This document shows positions 39,542 to 51,267 of a DNA stretch of 64,000 nucleotides, piece by piece (the stretch's first letter is position 1; every line of letters starts with the position of its first letter). The notes beneath the pieces were generated by a model. That model did not search any database and was not told the DNA's origin. It saw only the letters and a program-made list of their open reading frames with translations. Source of the stretch: an uncultured Verrucomicrobiae bacterium (GTDB lineage: Bacteria; Verrucomicrobiota; Verrucomicrobiia; Limisphaerales; Palsa-1400); contig CAVPOM010000011.1 of NCBI GenBank assembly GCA_963707025.1, positions 63,164 to 127,163 of the forward strand, written 5' to 3'. Made by a program: the position numbers and the translations under genes.

Positions 39542-42084
39542 GCAATCAAACCCGTTTCAGCCACCCCATCCACAGCCTTCCGCCCACGGACATCGCGGGA
39601 TTCGACTCCCTGGCGGAGCTGGCCCTGGACTTGCGCTGGTCGTGGAATCACTGCGCCGACGAAGTGTGGCGGCAGCTTGATCCAGCGCTGTGGGAACTGA
39701 CGCAGAACCCCTGGGTCGTCCTGCAAACGGTTTCGCGGGACCAGCTCCAGCGCGTGCTGGCCGAGGCGGCCTTCCGCGAGAAAGTGGATGACCTGCTGCA
39801 AGCCAAGCGTCAGGCGGCGGAGACGCCGGCGTGGTTTCAGCAACAGCATCCGCAGTCGCCCTTGACCTGCGTGGCCTATTTCAGCATGGAATTCATGTTG
39901 AGCGAGGCGCTGCCGATTTATTCGGGAGGGCTGGGCAATGTGGCCGGCGATCAGCTCAAAGCGGCCAGCGATCTGGGCGTGCCGGTGGCCGCAGTGGGGC
40001 TGCTCTACCAGCGGGGCTATTTTCGCCAGGTGATTGACCCGGACGGAGCGCAACAGGCGCTCTACCCGTATAATGACCCCGGACAGTTGCCGGTCACGCC
40101 CTTGCGCCACCCCAACGGCGAGTGGTTGCGCCTGGAGATCGCCCTGCCCGGTTACTCGGTCTGGCTGCGCGCCTGGCAGGTCCAGGTCGGGCGAGTCAAA
40201 CTATACTTGCTTGACAGCAATGACGCGGCCAATTTTCCCGCCCATCGGGGAATTACCAGCGAGCTGTATGGAGGCGGGCCGGAGTTGCGGCTCAAGCAGG
40301 AACTGCTCCTCGGCATTGGGGGATGGCGGCTGCTGGCCGCGCTGGGCATCAAACCGGAAGTCTGCCACCTCAATGAAGGGCATGCCGCCTTCGCCGTCCT
40401 GGAGCGCGCCCGCAGTTTCATGGAGGAAACCGGGCAGCCGTTTGAGGTGGCGCTGGCCGCCACGCGGGCCGGCAATCTTTTCACCACCCACACCGCCGTG
40501 GCCGCCGGCTTTGATCGTTTCCCTCCGGCACTTATCGAACAATACCTGGGCCGCCATGCCGAACAGAAACTCGGCATTGCGCGGCGTGACTTGCTGGCCC
40601 TGGGCCGTCAGAATCCGAACGACGCGTCGGAAAGTTTCAACATGGCCTATCTGGCCATCCGCGGCAGCGGGGCGGTCAATGGCGTCAGCCGCCTGCATGG
40701 CAAAGTCAGCCGGCACCTGTTTGAGTCTCTCTTTCCCCGGTGGCCGGCGGAAGAAGTGCCGGTCGGACATGTGACCAACGGAGTTCACGTGCCGAGTTGG
40801 GACTCAGCGGCCGCCGACGATCTTTGGACCAAGGCCTGTGGAAAAGACCGCTGGCTGGGGGCGACCGAACCCCTGGAGCAGGATATTCGCCGCGTCTCCG
40901 ACGCCGACCTCTGGCAATTTCGCACGACCGCCAGCAAGTCGCTGATTGACTATGCCCGCCAGCGCCTGGCCCACCACTATGCCGCCGCCGGCGCGTCGCC
41001 CGAGACGGTGGAGGAGGCCAGGCATCTGTTCGATCCCCACGCCCTGACCCTGGGCTTTGCCCGGCGCTTTGCGACCTACAAGCGGCCCAACCTGCTGCTG
41101 CACGATCCCGCCCGACTGCTGCGGCTGCTGTCCAATCCGCAGCGCCCGGTGCAACTCATTCTGGCGGGCAAGGCCCACCCGGCGGACGCGGCGGGACAGG
41201 CCCTGGTCCAGCAATGGGTACGGTTCATTCGCCAGCCCGAGGTCCGTCCGCATGCGATTTTCCTCAGCGACTACGACATGCTCCTGACGGAGCGCCTGGT
41301 GCAGGGGGTGGATGTCTGGCTGAACACGCCGCGCCGGCCTTGGGAGGCGTGTGGGACCAGCGGCATGAAGGTGCTGGTCAATGGCGGGATCAATCTCTCG
41401 GAATTGGACGGATGGTGGGCGGAAGCCTACGCGCCGGAAGTGGGGTGGTCGTTGGGGGATGGCCAGGAGCATGACGACGATCCGGCCTGGGACGCGGCCG
41501 AAGCCGCCTCGCTTTATGAGCGGCTGGAACAGGAGGTGATCCCGGAGTTTTATGCCCGCGACCAACAGGGCATTCCCACGGCCTGGGTGGCGCGGATGCG
41601 GGAAAGCATGGCGCGGTTGACCCCGCGCTTTTCCGCCAACCGCACCGTGCGCGAATACACCGAACAACACTACCTCCCGGCGGCCGCCGCCTACGGCAGG
41701 CGCGTCGCCGCTCGAGGCGCCCTCAGCGGGCAATGGATCGCATGGCGGCGTCACCTGGAACAGAACTGGGCCGCGCTGCGCTTCGGCGAAAGGAAGGTTG
41801 AAACTCGTGACGGGCAGCACCTGTTTGAGGTTCAGGTCTGTCTCCATGACCTCGACCCGAAGGCCGTGCGCGTCGAGCTTTATGCCGACGGCGTCAACGG
41901 CGGCAGCCCGGTGCGCCAGGAGATGAAGCCCGCTGGCCCGCCGGCCGGGGCGTCGGGCGGCTGCGTTTACAGCGCGGCCGTGTCCGCGGCCCGCGCGGCG
42001 GGGGACTATACGGCGCGAGTGCTGCCCAACTATGACGGCGTGGCCATCCCGCTGGAAGACGCGCGCATCCTTTGGCAGCGGTGA
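39538..42084 (+). CDS. glgP: Alpha-glucan (glycogen) phosphorylase
   Basis: 'YFSMEF', 'YSGGLGNVAGD', 'HLNEGH', 'FARRFATYKRP', 'EACGTSGMK', 'SELDGWW'. The ATG overlaps the pgm stop. Confidence 0.95.
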   Translation: MSNQTRFSHPIHSLPPTDIAGFDSLAELALDLRWSWNHCADEVWRQLDPALWELTQNPWVVLQTVSRDQLQRVLAEAAFREKVDDLLQAKRQAAETPAWFQQQHPQSPLTCVAYFSMEFMLSEALPIYSGGLGNVAGDQLKAASDLGVPVAAVGLLYQRGYFRQVIDPDGAQQALYPYNDPGQLPVTPLRHPNGEWLRLEIALPGYSVWLRAWQVQVGRVKLYLLDSNDAANFPAHRGITSELYGGGPELRLKQELLLGIGGWRLLAALGIKPEVCHLNEGHAAFAVLERARSFMEETGQPFEVALAATRAGNLFTTHTAVAAGFDRFPPALIEQYLGRHAEQKLGIARRDLLALGRQNPNDASESFNMAYLAIRGSGAVNGVSRLHGKVSRHLFESLFPRWPAEEVPVGHVTNGVHVPSWDSAAADDLWTKACGKDRWLGATEPLEQDIRRVSDADLWQFRTTASKSLIDYARQRLAHHYAAAGASPETVEEARHLFDPHALTLGFARRFATYKRPNLLLHDPARLLRLLSNPQRPVQLILAGKAHPADAAGQALVQQWVRFIRQPEVRPHAIFLSDYDMLLTERLVQGVDVWLNTPRRPWEACGTSGMKVLVNGGINLSELDGWWAEAYAPEVGWSLGDGQEHDDDPAWDAAEAASLYERLEQEVIPEFYARDQQGIPTAWVARMRESMARLTPRFSANRTVREYTEQHYLPAAAAYGRRVAARGALSGQWIAWRRHLEQNWAALRFGERKVETRDGQHLFEVQVCLHDLDPKAVRVELYADGVNGGSPVRQEMKPAGPPAGASGGCVYSAAVSAARAAGDYTARVLPNYDGVAIPLEDARILWQR

Positions 42085-42273
42085 TCGGCGCGATGGAAAA
42101 CAAAACCGGCTCGCCCAACCCTGGCCACGCCGTCGCGGCGCTCCAGCAAATATGGACACTGCCAAATTCCTCGGGAGGGGAATCCTGGCGGGCGTTGCGC
42201 CGGCTGGCTTGTCTCGCCGCCGCGGAAAATCCGGCGGTGCGGGCTGTCCCGGCTGACTCCCTGAAATCCCAAG

Positions 42274-43266
42274 TTAATCCGCCAAAACCCGGTCAATCCG
42301 CGCCAGTTCTTCGGCCGTAAAATTCAGATGGCGCGTCGCGCCCACGCCGTCGTCCACCTGGCTCACGCGGCTGGCGCCGATGAGCGCGCTCGTCACCGTC
42401 TTGTGCCGCAACACCCAGGCCAGCGCCATTTGCGCCAGGGTCTGTCCACGGGATTGGGCCAGGTCGTTCAGCTTTTTCGTCCTGGCCAGCACTTCGACGG
42501 TGATGTCTTCGGGACGGAGAAAACGCGGATCGTGGCCCGCCCGGGAATCGGCCGGGATGCCTTTGAAATAGCGGTCGGTCAACACCCCTTTGGCCAGCGG
42601 CGAGAATACGACGCAGCCGATGCCTTCCTGTTCCAGGGTGGCGAGCAATTGCGGTTCAACCCAGCGATCCAACATGTTGTAACGCGGCTGATGGATGAGA
42701 CACGGCGTTCCCAGTTCACGCAGAAGCCTGGCCGCGCGCGCCGTTTCGGCGGGCGGATAATTGGAGAGACCGGCGTAGAGCGCCTTGCCGCTGCGGACGG
42801 CGTGGGCCAGCGCGCCCATCGTTTCCTCCAAAGGCGTGTCGGGGTCGGGGCGGTGATGATAAAAAATGTCAACGTAGGACAACCCCATCCGCCGGAGCGA
42901 TTGGTCGAGCGACGCCAGAAGATATTTGCGCGAGCCCCATTCACCATACGGGCCGGGCCACATCAAATAACCCGCCTTGGTGGTGATGATCATTTCATCG
43001 CGCCACCTTCCCAGATCCTCGCGCAGGATGCGTCCGAAGGTTTCCTCCGCGGTGCCATCGGGCGGGCCATAGTTGTTGGCCAGGTCAAAATGCGTGATGC
43101 CCAAATCAAAGGCGCGGCAGGCCATGGAGCGGGCAATTTCGAACGAATCCTTCGCTCCGAAATTGTGCCAGAAACCGAGGGAAATCAGCGGCAGCTTGAC
43201 GCCGGAACGTCCGCAGCGGCGGTAGAACGAGGGCGAATCGTAGCGGGTGGATGCGGGTAAATGCAT
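42274..43266 (-). CDS. Aldo/keto reductase, L-glyceraldehyde 3-phosphate reductase (YghZ/MgrA-like)
   Basis: 'SLGFWHNFG', 'GITHFDLANNYGPP', 'TKAGYLMWPGPYGEWGSRKYL', 'YVDIFYHHRPDP'. Confidence 0.92.
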   Translation of the reverse strand: MHLPASTRYDSPSFYRRCGRSGVKLPLISLGFWHNFGAKDSFEIARSMACRAFDLGITHFDLANNYGPPDGTAEETFGRILREDLGRWRDEMIITTKAGYLMWPGPYGEWGSRKYLLASLDQSLRRMGLSYVDIFYHHRPDPDTPLEETMGALAHAVRSGKALYAGLSNYPPAETARAARLLRELGTPCLIHQPRYNMLDRWVEPQLLATLEQEGIGCVVFSPLAKGVLTDRYFKGIPADSRAGHDPRFLRPEDITVEVLARTKKLNDLAQSRGQTLAQMALAWVLRHKTVTSALIGASRVSQVDDGVGATRHLNFTAEELARIDRVLAD

Positions 43267-43518
43267 AATGGAGGCAGGTTAATGAGGAATCCATTCAGGC
43301 GCGACAAAATAAATGGCGGACGGCCCCAATGCGTTCCCCGCCATTGCCCATGGTCAAACCACCCGGGCCGCTTCCCGGTGGTGGAAGTGGAGCAACCCTC
43401 CCAGGCGCTCCGGTGAGCGAACCTCCCGGGACATGATGATGGGTTCCAGCATGGCTCCGCCGCCAACCCCGTTCCAAAGAGGGGGCTGCCCCGCTCCGCC
43501 ATGAAAGGCCCTTGGCAC

Positions 43519-44604
43519 TCAGGCCCGCTTGCGGCCCTGCACCAGCGCCAGCATCTCCCGATCCAGCTTGTGGCCATGCCAGCTTTCATAGGCAACGTCC
43601 GCCCGGTCACTGTCAATAATTCCGAATGGCCCCGTGAAATTCCACAGCGCCCAACCCCAGCCCGCCGCCGTCCACAAATCCACATAGTCGCGCATCCAGG
43701 CCAGGACGACCAGGTGCGGTGTTTGGTTGTAAGCGCCAAATTCCCCCACCATCACGCCGACGCCTTGCCTTTCCAGGCGTTGCCAGGGGGCGATTTGCCG
43801 GGATTGCAGCGTCTCCTTGTCCCAAGGCACGCCGTCCTCTGCGATGGGCCAGGTCGGCGCCGGCCATCGGTCCGCGCCGTTCATCCAACTGGCCCGGTAA
43901 TGGGAAACGTGGATGGGCGCATAACCGCGCGTGGCCGCCGCCACTCCCAGCCCGGCCAGCTCTGTCGGGGCGGTGTTGCCCCAATCGCGTCCGTCGCAAA
44001 TGATCAACCGGTCCGGGTCCCGCTGGCGAATGGCGCTGCAAACGCTGCTGACCACGCGCCGGTAAGTTTGCGGTTCCAATTTGGGCGGTTCGTTGAACAA
44101 GTCGAAACTGAGCCGGCGATTGGAGATGCCTTTGTAACGCTCCGCAAAATGCGCCCAGTGCAATCCGCAAATCCGCAGCGCCTCATCGTCCGACCAGAGG
44201 GATTTTGCCTCCGGCGGCTGGGCCACCGTATAGCCGGGGGCGCGGTGGAAATTCAGGCAGACATGAATGCCATGACGGGCGCCGAGGTCCACCGCCTGGT
44301 CAATCTGCTGGAGGGTGGCTTCACGAAAATGAGTCCAATCGCCCTCCGCAATCCACGTGCGGTAATCCATGGGCAGGCGGACGAAATTGAACCCCAGTTC
44401 CGCCAGCCATTCGAAATCCCGCTCCGCAAAGGGGCCATTTTGGCCGTTGAACTTGTTCAAAAGGTTGAACCCGCGCCACGGTGGCAGCTTGGAAGCCTGG
44501 GCTTCGGGCAACGCCGGCCCATCCGCGCCCGCCGCCGCGGATGTCGCCGCGCCCAAACCCGCCGCCGCCAGGCTTTTGAGAAACTCTCTTCGGGAAGTGT
44601 TCAT
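43519..44604 (-). CDS. Glycoside hydrolase family 5 (cellulase family), Tat signal
   Basis: GGAGG RBS, 'SRREFLK', 'GFNFVRLP', 'LNFHRAPG', acid/base 'LFNEP', nucleophile 'VGEFG', 'WALWNF'. Confidence 0.9.
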   Translation of the reverse strand: MNTSRREFLKSLAAAGLGAATSAAAGADGPALPEAQASKLPPWRGFNLLNKFNGQNGPFAERDFEWLAELGFNFVRLPMDYRTWIAEGDWTHFREATLQQIDQAVDLGARHGIHVCLNFHRAPGYTVAQPPEAKSLWSDDEALRICGLHWAHFAERYKGISNRRLSFDLFNEPPKLEPQTYRRVVSSVCSAIRQRDPDRLIICDGRDWGNTAPTELAGLGVAAATRGYAPIHVSHYRASWMNGADRWPAPTWPIAEDGVPWDKETLQSRQIAPWQRLERQGVGVMVGEFGAYNQTPHLVVLAWMRDYVDLWTAAGWGWALWNFTGPFGIIDSDRADVAYESWHGHKLDREMLALVQGRKRA

Positions 44605-44845
44605 GCCTCCATATAACTCCTGCAAGGTCCAAAAGACGATCTTGATTTCCCGGACCAGTCCCCGCCAGCGGGAGGCTGAGTTGTGCCCGTCTCCAATCCG
44701 TTGCTCGAGCGGCCTCGCCGTTCTCTCGCCACGGGTTTTTCGAGCTGCCCATCGCCGTGTGAGCAGGAATTGGCCATACACAGGAATGGGAGCAGGACGA
44801 AAAGCTCGTTGAGCGGCGCCATCCGTGCTACCATGTCTGGCGTAA

Positions 44846-47800
44846 ATGCGTGGATTTTCTTTTGTGGCGGCCAAGGCCGTTTTTCTCACGGCGGCGCTCG
44901 GCCCGGTGAGCGTTGCGCGCGCGGATTTCGCGCCGATCGCGCTGACCAGCGCCAGTTATAACCGGGACATCGTGGTCGAGGCCACCGCCGCCGCGCCTGT
45001 CATCGCCGGCGCCTACACCACCGCCTCGATGGACGCAGGCACCGGCAACACGGCCACCAGTTGGTACGAAGAAGGTTACAACACGGCAGCTTCCACGACG
45101 GGGCTGCCGCATCCCGGCACGACCTTCAGCAGCCAAAGTCTGGCCAATCATTCCTACACCATGGCTCCCAGTTACACCACCAATGACGCCGTGCTGCTGG
45201 ACTCCACCGTCACCAGCGCGACTCTCACCCTGGCCTTTCCCACCGCTTATGCCCAGCTCAGCTTTCTGGAAAGCGGCGGCAATAACGGTGTCACTTTCGC
45301 TTACACCGTCCATCACGAAAACGGAACCTTGGACACCGGCAGCGCCGTCATCCCGGACTGGTATAACGGCGGCAATCCAGCCTGGACAGCCAATGGCCGG
45401 GTGGATGTGGGCACCTTTGCGCTCAGTTCCGTCAATGGCAACGACCCGCGCCTTTACTCGCTGGACATTAGTTTGGGGAATGTTTCCAGTCCGGTCACGA
45501 GCATTGGCTTTGCTTACCTCTCCGGGGGCGGCCATGGCGCCATCCTGGCCGTCAGCGGGTTGAACGGATCAAGCTGCGCACCGCTGACGGTCACCGGTTA
45601 CAACGAGGACATGGTGGTGGAGGCCGCCGCCGGCAAGCCCGGTTCTCTCAGCGGCGTGACCACCGCCACCATGGACACAGGAACGGCCAACGCGCTCAAT
45701 ACGTGGTACGAAACCGGTTACGATCCCGCCGCGCCGGCGACCGGTCTGCCGCACGCCGGTTCCATCCTGACCAACCTTTCCGCGCCGGACCATCTTTACC
45801 TCCTTGCGCCAAGCTACACGGCCAACAACGTCGTCCTGGTTTCCTCCAACCTGTCCACCGTCTCCATCACGCCCGCGCGGCCGGCCGCCTGTCAGGCGCT
45901 GTCGTTCCTGGTCGCCAGCGGCAATGGCCCGGTCACTCTGCAATGCACGATCTACCACGCCAATGGCCTGTCCGAAACCCACGCCCTGGTCGTGCCGGAC
46001 TGGTTTTCCGGCTCGCCCGTCGCTTTCGTGGCCGGCGGCCGGGTTGACGTCAACAATACGACCGTCAGTTCGGTCAACGGCGGGGGAGCGCGCCTCTACG
46101 GGGAGGACATCAACCTGGCCATCACCAGCAGTCCGGTGACGAACATCGCGCTGGCCTTTCCGGCCAACGGCGGGGGTGCCAACGCGGCCATCTTCGCCGT
46201 CAGCGGCGGCGCCTCCGTCCTGCCGCTGGCGGGGGATGATTTCAACGCCAACACCGGGCCGCGGCGCAGATTCTGCAACAGTGGTATAACAGCGGCGGAT
46301 TGTATGACAGCACCGGCTGGTGGAACGCGGCCAACTGCCTGGAGGCGATTGAGAACGACATCGTGGCCAACAACGATCTGTCCTACCTGGCGGTTCTCAC
46401 CAACACGTTCAACCGGAACTCCTCCGGCAGCTTTTTGAATGATTACTACGACGACGAGGGCTGGTGGGCCAACGCCTGGATTCGCGCCTACGACCTGACG
46501 GGCGACACCAACTTCCTGGGCATGGCCAAAACGATTTTCGCCGATATGGCGGGCGGGTGGGACACCACCAACACGGCCTGCCCGGGCGGCCTCTGGTGGA
46601 ACAAGGCCCACAGTTACAAGAACGCCATCCCCAACGAATTGTTCCTGCTGGCCGCCATCCGGCTGCACCAGCGAACGCCCGGCGACGGCGGCGCGGGCAG
46701 CTATTTCTACTGGGCCACCAACGAATGGGTCTGGTTCCAGGCCAGCGGCATGATCAATTCCAGCGATCTCATCAACGACGGACTGTCCGGATGCCAGAAC
46801 AACGGGGAAACCACCTGGACCTACAACCAGGGGGTCATTCTCGGCGGCCTGACCGACCTTTACAAAGTGACGGGCAACGCCACCTACTTGACTGAGGCCG
46901 AACTCATCGCCAACGCGGCCGTGGCCGCGCTGGTCAACGGCGGCGGCGTCCTGGCCGAGCCGTGCGAGCCGGACAATTGCGGCGGCGACGGCCCGCAATT
47001 CAAGGGGATTTTTGTCCGCTATCTGGCCTATCTCTACGATGTCAACCGCAGCAGGGCCTATTACAATTTTCTTTATGACAACGCCCACGCCGTCTGGTTC
47101 AACGACCGCAATGGCTACAATCAATTGGGCTTGATCTGGAACGGGCCGTGGGACGCGGATGACGCCGCGCGGCAAAGCTCGGCCCTCATGCCGGTCAGCG
47201 CCCTGGCCGAACCGGTCACCGCCGGCCTGCTTTTTGCCAAGGGGGCGGGCGACCCGGCCTTCAGCCATGCGGTGGGCGGCCCCGCCGGCACTCTGGCCTG
47301 GCTCTGCGCCGCCAGCAACACGCCCCAGGCCGGTTTCATGCAATTCGGTCCGCGCGTCGCTTATCTGCCGGCCGGCGCGCACGCCGCCCATTTCCGGGCC
47401 GGCGTCAGCGCCGTGAGCGGTTCCACCGCGAGCCTGGCCCAGTTCAGCGTCGTGGAGGACAACGGCGGCGCGGCGCTGGCCAGCATGGCGGTGCCCTGGA
47501 ATGCCTTCGCCGCCGGCAATGCGCCGCAGGATTTCGTCCTGCTTTTCACCAACACCCTGGCCGCCGGCCCCCTGGATTTTGAGGTTTATTGGGACAACGC
47601 GGCGGGCGCTCCAAGTTTCACCTTGACAGATATCACCGTGGACGGGCTGGCCAATTGGACCGCCGCCAATCTGGCGCACGACATCGGCCGTCTGGACGGC
47701 CTCAACGGATGGGAAGCCGACCCCGTGCGCGACCCGGCCTCCGGCTACCTGGTCCGCGGTCCGGACGCCGGGCAGTTCTTTGCGGGCGATTACACCGCCA

Positions 47801-48276
47801 GCTTCGAGTTGAAGGTGGACAATTTCAATTGGGACAAAGCCAGGGTGGCCACCATTTCAGTGGTGGACACGGACAACAACAGCGTGCTGGCCTCGCAAGA
47901 CCTGGCCCGGAACCAATTCTCCAACACGCTTTACCAGGCTTTCCCGCTCGCTTTTAGCGCGCGGGCGGGCGCGCACTATGATTTCCGCACCTACTGGTAC
48001 TACAGTTCGACCGCGCCGCGTCTGACCCAGCGCAGCGTGATGCTGCAACCGGGGCCGGTTCCTTTTTTCACGTCGGCCCAGGTGTCCGGCGGCAACGTGG
48101 CGCTGGGTCTGATCGGCGTTCCCGGCCGCGCCTACACCGTGGAGGTCTCCGGCAGCCTGGCCCCCGGGACATGGTCTCCGTTGGGCAGTGTGACGGTGCC
48201 GGCCTTTCTCGGCAGCGCCGCATTCGCGGACACCGCCACCAACTCCGCCCGTTTTTACAGGCTCCGCTACCCGTGA
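44846..48276 (+). CDS. Multidomain GH76 (alpha-1,6-mannanase-like) with duplicated N-terminal and post-catalytic domains (frameshift near 46260)
   Basis: GH76 motifs 'GWWNAAN', 'YYDDEGWW', 'GGLWW', 'YKNAIPNELF', 'WTYNQGVILG', 'QFKGIFVRYL'. The N-terminal ORF 44846 joins the 46300 frame. C-terminal 'ARFYRLRYP'. Confidence 0.85.
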
Positions 48277-48387
48277 GGCAGGCCGTGTTGCCGGTGGCCG
48301 GAGCGTGCCCTTCATCCTGTTCCATAAAGGCTGCAAATCAGGATCATCAATGGCCACACGCTGGACGGCAAGTTCCCCGAAGGGAAT

Positions 48388-50040
48388 TCAGGTCTGAATT
48401 CCGAAGGTTGCCGGATTGAGAACCAGCGGGTCGCGGATCGTCTCCTGCCACTTCTTCAGCTCGCGAAACATTTCAGAAACCGTGGCGGCCTGGGCGGAGC
48501 CATCGGCCAGATTGTTCATTTCCCAAGGGTCCTTCTCCAGGTCAAACAGTTGAATCTTCCTGGCCTCGGGGTACAGGATCAATTTGTGTTGCTCGGTTCG
48601 CACCATCCGTTGAAAACCGCGGTAGGCGCAATAAATGGAGTCAAACATCCGCTCCCGCTCCCCGCGCAACAGCCCATGCAGGCTGGGAAACTGGACGGTG
48701 GCAGGCGTGGCCAGGCCCGCCAAATCGCACACCGTGGGGAAAAGAGAATGTTGATACATCAGCGCGTCAATCCGGCGTCCAGGGGCGATGCCGGGGCCAG
48801 CCAGGATGAAGGGCATCCGCACCGAGCAGTCGTAAAGGTTCTGTTTGCCCATCAGTCCGTGCTCCCCCACCGCCAGCCCGTGGTCGCCCGTCACGATGAT
48901 GCAGGTGTTCTCCGCCTGCCCCGTCTTCTCCAGCGCCCCAAGGATGCGGCCCAGTTGCCGGTCCATAAAACTGATCAGCGCGTAGTATTCCCCCCGGTGG
49001 ACCTGCACCCCGCCCGGCGTGCGCGGAAAAGGCGCCAATTGTTCGTCGCGACAGTGGAAGTCGCCCAGGTCAAAGGGATGTTCCGCCAGGAAATTCGGCG
49101 GCACTTGCACCTGGTCCGCCGGATACATGTCCACCCATTCCTTTGGCGCCTGACGCGGGTCGTGCGGTGAGTTCCAGGCGACATAGAGAAGGAAGGGGCG
49201 GTCGGGCCGCGCCGCTGTTTGCTGCAACATCGCGATGGCGCTGTCGGCGTAGAGTTCGCAGGAATGTTGCCGCCGTTCGTAGCGCGGACCGGCCTGCCTG
49301 GGACTCGGCCCGTGTTGAGAAATCCACGCGCCATTATGCTCCTCCTGTTCGATGTTCCAAAGTTCCTTCGGCGTCCAATGCCCCCCGTACTTCGGGTCCC
49401 ACGGCGTCCACGGGTCTCCGGCACGGGGCCGGTTGTAGGCCGGCCCGTCCACGGCAGTGGAAGCAAAAAAGCCCGGGCCAATGGTCTGGCCCGTGGTGAA
49501 ACTGCGCAGCGCCGCCGGGTCGCCATTATGCCATTTGCCGACGGCGTAAGTGTCGTAGCCTCCCATCTGCAAGGCTTCGCCCAGCAGCGGATAATAGCCG
49601 CAACTGTCGCCGCCGCAGTTCCAGAGGTAACGGCCCGTGTGCATCATCGCCCGGCTGGCCACACACACCGCCCCCGTCCAGGAACCCTGATGAAAGCAGT
49701 GCGTGAAAGTGGCGCCGCGTTCCAGCAGGCGATCAAACGCCGGCGTGCGAACCTCGCGGTTGTTCAGAGCGTTGATGGTCCGAAAGCACTGGTCATCGGC
49801 CACCACGACCAGAAAATTGGGCTTCCGGCCCGCGGCGAAGGCGGGAGGCGGCGAGGACGGCTCCGCGCCGCTCAACTCCGCCGGAGCAAGGAGTGTCGCA
49901 GCCGGCAAGCCGCCCACCGTTTTCAAAAAAGTCCGCCGGTCAATCGTTGACGGGCTGGCCTTGCGCGCGACCTTTAATCCTTCGGCTCTGACTTTGCCAG
50001 GCACGGCCGCAACCCTGCAAGTTCCCTCCACGAACATCAA
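48388..50040 (-). CDS. Sulfatase (S1, choline-sulfatase-like), Tat signal
   Basis: 'DRRTFLK', 'NFLVVVADDQ', FGly motif 'CVASRA', 'GKWHNG', 'PHDPR', 'GDHG', 'GKQNLYD'. Start codon uncertain. Confidence 0.9.
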   Translation of the reverse strand: MMFVEGTCRVAAVPGKVRAEGLKVARKASPSTIDRRTFLKTVGGLPAATLLAPAELSGAEPSSPPPAFAAGRKPNFLVVVADDQCFRTINALNNREVRTPAFDRLLERGATFTHCFHQGSWTGAVCVASRAMMHTGRYLWNCGGDSCGYYPLLGEALQMGGYDTYAVGKWHNGDPAALRSFTTGQTIGPGFFASTAVDGPAYNRPRAGDPWTPWDPKYGGHWTPKELWNIEQEEHNGAWISQHGPSPRQAGPRYERRQHSCELYADSAIAMLQQTAARPDRPFLLYVAWNSPHDPRQAPKEWVDMYPADQVQVPPNFLAEHPFDLGDFHCRDEQLAPFPRTPGGVQVHRGEYYALISFMDRQLGRILGALEKTGQAENTCIIVTGDHGLAVGEHGLMGKQNLYDCSVRMPFILAGPGIAPGRRIDALMYQHSLFPTVCDLAGLATPATVQFPSLHGLLRGERERMFDSIYCAYRGFQRMVRTEQHKLILYPEARKIQLFDLEKDPWEMNNLADGSAQAATVSEMFRELKKWQETIRDPLVLNPATFGIQT

Positions 50041-50433
50041 GCCTTTTCTCTTTTTCTCAAATTTCCAGTTCCGGCCCGGGGTGAACGCTCAACGTAATGC
50101 CGCCATTTTCCGTGGAGATTTCTTCGGCGTTGGTTGAACCCATCGAGCGTAATCACGCCCGCTTGCGCGTTGGCTGCGCCCTCCCATCCGGGTGGAAGCT
50201 GGCGCGTTTCTTTCCCCCGCAAGAAGGCGCGCGAAAGGGTTGCGCTGTCCAGCGGCTTGGCACAATATTGGGGCATCGAACAAAAAGCGCCCATCTCGCA
50301 TCCGGAAGGCCATCCCCATGAAGCGCGCATGGCTGGTCTGCTCCTGTTTTTCGCGATGACGATAAACCCTTGCCGGGCATGCCTGGCAACGGCTGGGCCC
50401 AGTGTGGGAGCAGTTGGAGGCGGGGCCGCCGCA

Positions 50434-51267
50434 ATGAAGGCCGCGCCGTTTGCCAGGCCGGTGGAATTCCGGGGCGGCTTTGCGCCGCGCCCTTCCCTGA
50501 GCCATGCGGTTTTTGACTTCGATGGCACCCTCTCCTGGCTGCGCCACGGCTGGCCGGAGTTGATGTGCCAAGTCTTCCTCCCCTACTACCCGATGCGGTC
50601 CGATGAATCCGAAGCGGAGGTCCGCCGGGAACTGCTGGCGGAAATCCTTTCCACCAATGGCCAGCCTTCCATTGTGCAGATGGAAAGATTCGCGCAGCGC
50701 GTCCAAGCCCGTCAGGCCCGGGTCCCCGCGCCCCGGCAATTGCTCCAGCAATACCAAAATCGGCTGGACCAAATCATCGCGGAACGATCGGAGCTGATTC
50801 TGCAAAAGAGGGCGCGCCCCGATGACTTTGTGGTGTTTGGGGCGCGCGCCCTGCTCGACCTCCTCCAGCAACGGGGCCTCCAGCTCATCGTTCTAAGCGG
50901 GACCCTGGAAAGCCGGGTCCAACAGGAGGCGGAACTGCTGGATTTGGCCCGCTACTTTGGCGGCCGGATCTTCGGCAGCCCGCCCGCGCCGGCCCCGTTC
51001 TCCAAGCGCGCCGTCCTGCACAAAATCCTGGCCGGCGAGAATCTCCGGGGCGAGGGCTTGCTTTGTTTTGGCGACGGGCCGGTCGAAATCTTCCAAGCCC
51101 GGCAACTGGGGGGATTGGCGGTGGCGCTGGCGAGCGATGAAGACGAAAATGGCTCCGGCCGCATGGACCCGCTGAAACGGGCGCAACTGATTGAGGCCGG
51201 CGCCCACGTTGTTATTCCCGATTATGGCGACGCGGCGGCGCTGGTGGACGCCTTGTTCCATGAATGA
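50434..51267 (+). CDS. HAD-family hydrolase
   Basis: 'VFDFDGTLSWLRHGW', 'LSGT', 'FGDGPVEI'. Confidence 0.85.
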   Translation: MKAAPFARPVEFRGGFAPRPSLSHAVFDFDGTLSWLRHGWPELMCQVFLPYYPMRSDESEAEVRRELLAEILSTNGQPSIVQMERFAQRVQARQARVPAPRQLLQQYQNRLDQIIAERSELILQKRARPDDFVVFGARALLDLLQQRGLQLIVLSGTLESRVQQEAELLDLARYFGGRIFGSPPAPAPFSKRAVLHKILAGENLRGEGLLCFGDGPVEIFQARQLGGLAVALASDEDENGSGRMDPLKRAQLIEAGAHVVIPDYGDAAALVDALFHE

